Shown one piece after another: positions 45,360 through 47,676 of a stretch of 47,676 nt of DNA. The position numbers and the translations under genes are program-made. The DNA is from an uncultured Alphaproteobacteria bacterium. Its GTDB lineage: Bacteria; Pseudomonadota; Alphaproteobacteria; JAJFIK01. The notes beneath the pieces are model-generated. The model saw only the letters and a program-made list of their open reading frames with translations. It was not told the DNA's origin and did not search any database. The DNA is taken from assembly GCA_964449455.1 (NCBI GenBank), contig CAYUYV010000015.1, positions 3,344-51,019 of the forward strand, in the 5' to 3' direction. How positions within the stretch are numbered: position 1 is the stretch's first letter; every line of letters begins with the position of its first letter.

Positions 45360-45714
45360 CGGAAGAATCCTCTTCTTTTACGGCGCCGGGCAAGGCAAGT
45401 CGTTCGCCGCCCCCCCCCACGGTCCATCGCACGATAATTCAAGACAATTTGATGCACCACTGAAGAAAGACGGGCTGCCTGCCCCGGCTTTGCCTTGGCG
45501 CATGCTCGCGGGCCCGCCCGGACCGGGCGTGCGTTATCGGGTCAAAGGGCAGGCTTATGCTTGAACGAGGGCGGATGTCCTGCGTAAATCAGGTCGGCAA
45601 CTTAAGAGCGATATCCAATGGCTTTTGGTGCATGGGCATCTCACGTGCCATCGAGCCGCGAAGGGGGCTGACGCCGTGGCGCAAACGTCTTCATCGGAAG
45701 TTCGTGACTTGCTC

Positions 45715-46236
45715 ATGGGTCTGTTGCGCTCAGCGATCGACAAGATCCTGATCGGGGCGATTGCCTTGGTCGTGGGCCTCATCATTCAGGCAAGCTGGAA
45801 TGACCGCCAGGACGAGATGGAGCGCCGACGCGCCGTCCATGCCTATAAAATTGATGTAGGTACGGACAATATTCGCGCTTTCAAGTCACACATTACACAG
45901 ACGATTTCTCTAATGGCCAAGGCCCGTGTGGGGACGGACGAGGAGCGCAGCGCTTTGCTGGACACGGTGAGCGCGACCCTTGATGAGGCCAGGCTCAATC
46001 TGTCGCTCATTGAAGCCTTGCGCGATCCGAGCGAGGGTGCGGCGGAGGAAGACACCGCCCTGCCTGCCTATCGGGCGGCCTTGTCCCGTTTCGTGGCCGA
46101 CTTGCAAGCCCTTGATATAGAGGACTTATCCCAGCGCCGGGTCATGGACGGGAAGCTTGAAAACTTAAGGACAATCGGTGTCGGTGCCATGAAGGCGGCG
46201 CTTCGGGATATGGGCGAGACGGCCGCTAATCTGTGA
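45715..46236 (+). CDS. Hypothetical membrane-anchored all-helical protein
   Basis: The ORF is open from 45625 (TTG/GTG); the first ATG is at 45715. One TM helix (ILIGAIALVVGLIIQ) is followed by a charged helical region. No recognised domain. Local GC dips to about 42% in places. Confidence 0.45.
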   Translation: MGLLRSAIDKILIGAIALVVGLIIQASWNDRQDEMERRRAVHAYKIDVGTDNIRAFKSHITQTISLMAKARVGTDEERSALLDTVSATLDEARLNLSLIEALRDPSEGAAEEDTALPAYRAALSRFVADLQALDIEDLSQRRVMDGKLENLRTIGVGAMKAALRDMGETAANL

Positions 46237-46277
46237 GCGTGGCTGCAATGGGATCGAGCTTGGGAGGGATTATCAGT

Positions 46278-47528
46278 ATGCGCGGGATTGTTGCAACGGT
46301 CGTCCTGGCACTGTTTTTTGCCCTGATCCTTGCGTGTGCAAAGGCGTTCGCCGAAACAAGCTCGGACGGGTTTAGCGGCCGCTGGGCGGTCAGCAGCGGC
46401 TTTGGAATTTCGCCCGACCTGCAAAAGTCGGACTGGAACGGAGAAAAGCGCTTTCCGATTATCAGCTATATTCCCTTTTTTACCCTGTTCTACGATATCG
46501 ATGAGGTCACCCCCTATAGGAGCATGGGCGATTACAGCGAGGCGACGACCCATGACGGGGTTCCCGTCTTTGTGCTGAAAAATGGTGAAGACCACATCAT
46601 CTCCAGCGTGGCGATCAAGGACTCTCGGCTCCTGTCCCGGGGAACGGATGCCGAAGTCATCCTGTTTCGCGACCAGGATCGCTTCTGCCGGCGCAAGCGG
46701 GGCTGTGATGCAAAATTGGACCAGGGCTGGTGGTCCGTGGGGTTCGGGTCCCTTGCTGTCATTCAGCCGGTGGAGGGCAACCGGAACCTGAAAAAGGTCA
46801 TTTTCGATGTGGGTCAGGAAATGGTGACCTACGCAACCACGGAGGATCTCAAAGCGCGCGAGGCCTTGGGCAAGATCCTTTACGTGAGCCAGACCTATCC
46901 GCGTCTGACATTTGATCGCTATACGTCAAAGGTCTTCAACACCGGCTGCGGCACAGTAAAACGACGGTTCACGCCGCCCAACAGGGTGACCCGCTCCTCC
47001 GATTTTGATCTGTCCAAGGAACAGCGTATTCTGGACGCTTTTGCACTGCGCGACACGGACGATTCAGAGCGCGTCTTTGAGCTTTCGGCGGCCCTCGGGC
47101 GGGAGATGGATCTCGACACCTTGCGCGGCGAAAGCTGGGAGCTGCGTCTTTACGACTTCGAGCGGCCCTTCCCTCAATCGGGTGAAGCCAGGACCTTCGA
47201 TATCGCCGCCCTCGTCACATATGAGTGCCGGGAGAAGAAGCTGGGCGCCCATCAGAAAACACGGATCCTTGAGGTGCTGCTGAAGCATGACGGGCGCGAA
47301 ATCACCCTGACGCCCGGAGCGACGCCCGAGGATCTCCTGCGGCACACCCGTTTTGCCTATCTGTGGAGTGTCAATAATGCCGACCAGCATTTCGCCCTGC
47401 GGGAGCAACTTGTGCGGGACACATTCAATGGCGACGGCGCACTCACATCGATCTTCATGAGTGAATTTAACCGCAGTTGCCGCAGCGCCAGCCGCCAGTC
47501 CCCGGACTGTCAGGGACATGTCTACTGA
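46278..47528 (+). CDS. Hypothetical secreted protein
   Basis: GGGAGGG SD 9 nt upstream of ATG 46278. Signal peptide MRGIVATVVLALFFALILACAKAFA/E. About 390-aa mature part with 8 Cys, several of them close together in sequence. No recognised domain. Confidence 0.6.
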   Translation: MRGIVATVVLALFFALILACAKAFAETSSDGFSGRWAVSSGFGISPDLQKSDWNGEKRFPIISYIPFFTLFYDIDEVTPYRSMGDYSEATTHDGVPVFVLKNGEDHIISSVAIKDSRLLSRGTDAEVILFRDQDRFCRRKRGCDAKLDQGWWSVGFGSLAVIQPVEGNRNLKKVIFDVGQEMVTYATTEDLKAREALGKILYVSQTYPRLTFDRYTSKVFNTGCGTVKRRFTPPNRVTRSSDFDLSKEQRILDAFALRDTDDSERVFELSAALGREMDLDTLRGESWELRLYDFERPFPQSGEARTFDIAALVTYECREKKLGAHQKTRILEVLLKHDGREITLTPGATPEDLLRHTRFAYLWSVNNADQHFALREQLVRDTFNGDGALTSIFMSEFNRSCRSASRQSPDCQGHVY

Positions 47529-47555
47529 AGGTGATTGGTCTACTGAAGGTAATTG
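47520..47555. repeat. 2 x 18-bp tandem duplication spanning the stop codon of the secreted hypothetical gene
   Basis: GTCTACTGAAGGTGATTG (47520-47537) is followed by GTCTACTGAAGGTAATTG (47538-47555). The first copy holds ...V-Y-TGA (47526-47528). Confidence 0.9.
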
Positions 47556-47676
47556 GTTGGGGTCGCCAAGTGAAGAGAACTGGAGCGCGACGAGTGGCGT
47601 GTCTCTCCCCATGATCCGGCTTGCGCTAGTGTCGTGGATCAGAAGTCCGCATGAGAAGTCCCGGCACGTCCGTCTG

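Noticed and set aside
47611-47676. Possible start of a plus-strand gene (ATG 47611, MIRLALVSWIRS...) at the right edge
   Set aside because: Only 22 codons before the window ends, and no clear SD, so it cannot be supported.
1-47676. Genomic island, prophage, defence system, toxin-antitoxin or mobile element signatures
   Set aside because: I recognise no integrase, transposase, recombinase, tRNA attachment site, phage structural gene, nuclease/ATPase defence-type gene or small TA pair in any frame. Most of the window is conserved housekeeping content.

Overview
About 47.7 kb of high-GC (roughly 60-65% by eye) chromosomal DNA with alphaproteobacterial gene content and order. It is densely coding, with about 45 protein genes. 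I found no rRNA, tRNA, CRISPR array, transposase, integrase or phage gene. Core blocks: (i) SDR / phhB / ABC exporter / THUMP methyltransferase / M20 peptidase / beta-carbonic anhydrase (1-7.8 kb); (ii) tyrS and anmK (11.9-14.5 kb); (iii) a complete Rrf2-nifS-sufBCDS-sufT-sufA operon with tenA translationally coupled to its end (15.5-23.6 kb); (iv) serC-serA-purA (40.5-44.8 kb). Accessory-looking blocks: an S45 penicillin/AHL-type acylase with a GT2 glycosyltransferase and a cupin (8-11.7 kb); a TfoX_N protein and a PAS-GGDEF-EAL membrane sensor (23.6-26.4 kb); a TetR-controlled AtuA-family + biotin carboxylase/BCCP + nitronate-monooxygenase-family + TIGR03084-like cluster with no carboxyltransferase gene (26.5-33.3 kb); an MMPL exporter + type III polyketide synthase + ICMT-like methyltransferase cassette (33.8-38.1 kb); and two lower-GC orphan genes at the right end (45.6-47.5 kb). 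The main non-genic signal is a recurring set of short tandem duplications (6-19 bp units). Two are 4-copy arrays sitting just upstream of minus-strand start codons. At least three are 17-18 bp duplications that straddle a stop codon. I see no unambiguous new system. The best candidates are the carboxyltransferase-less AtuA/biotin carboxylase cluster and the exporter-linked type III PKS cassette. All functional calls rest on motifs recognised by eye in the supplied translations; no database search was run.
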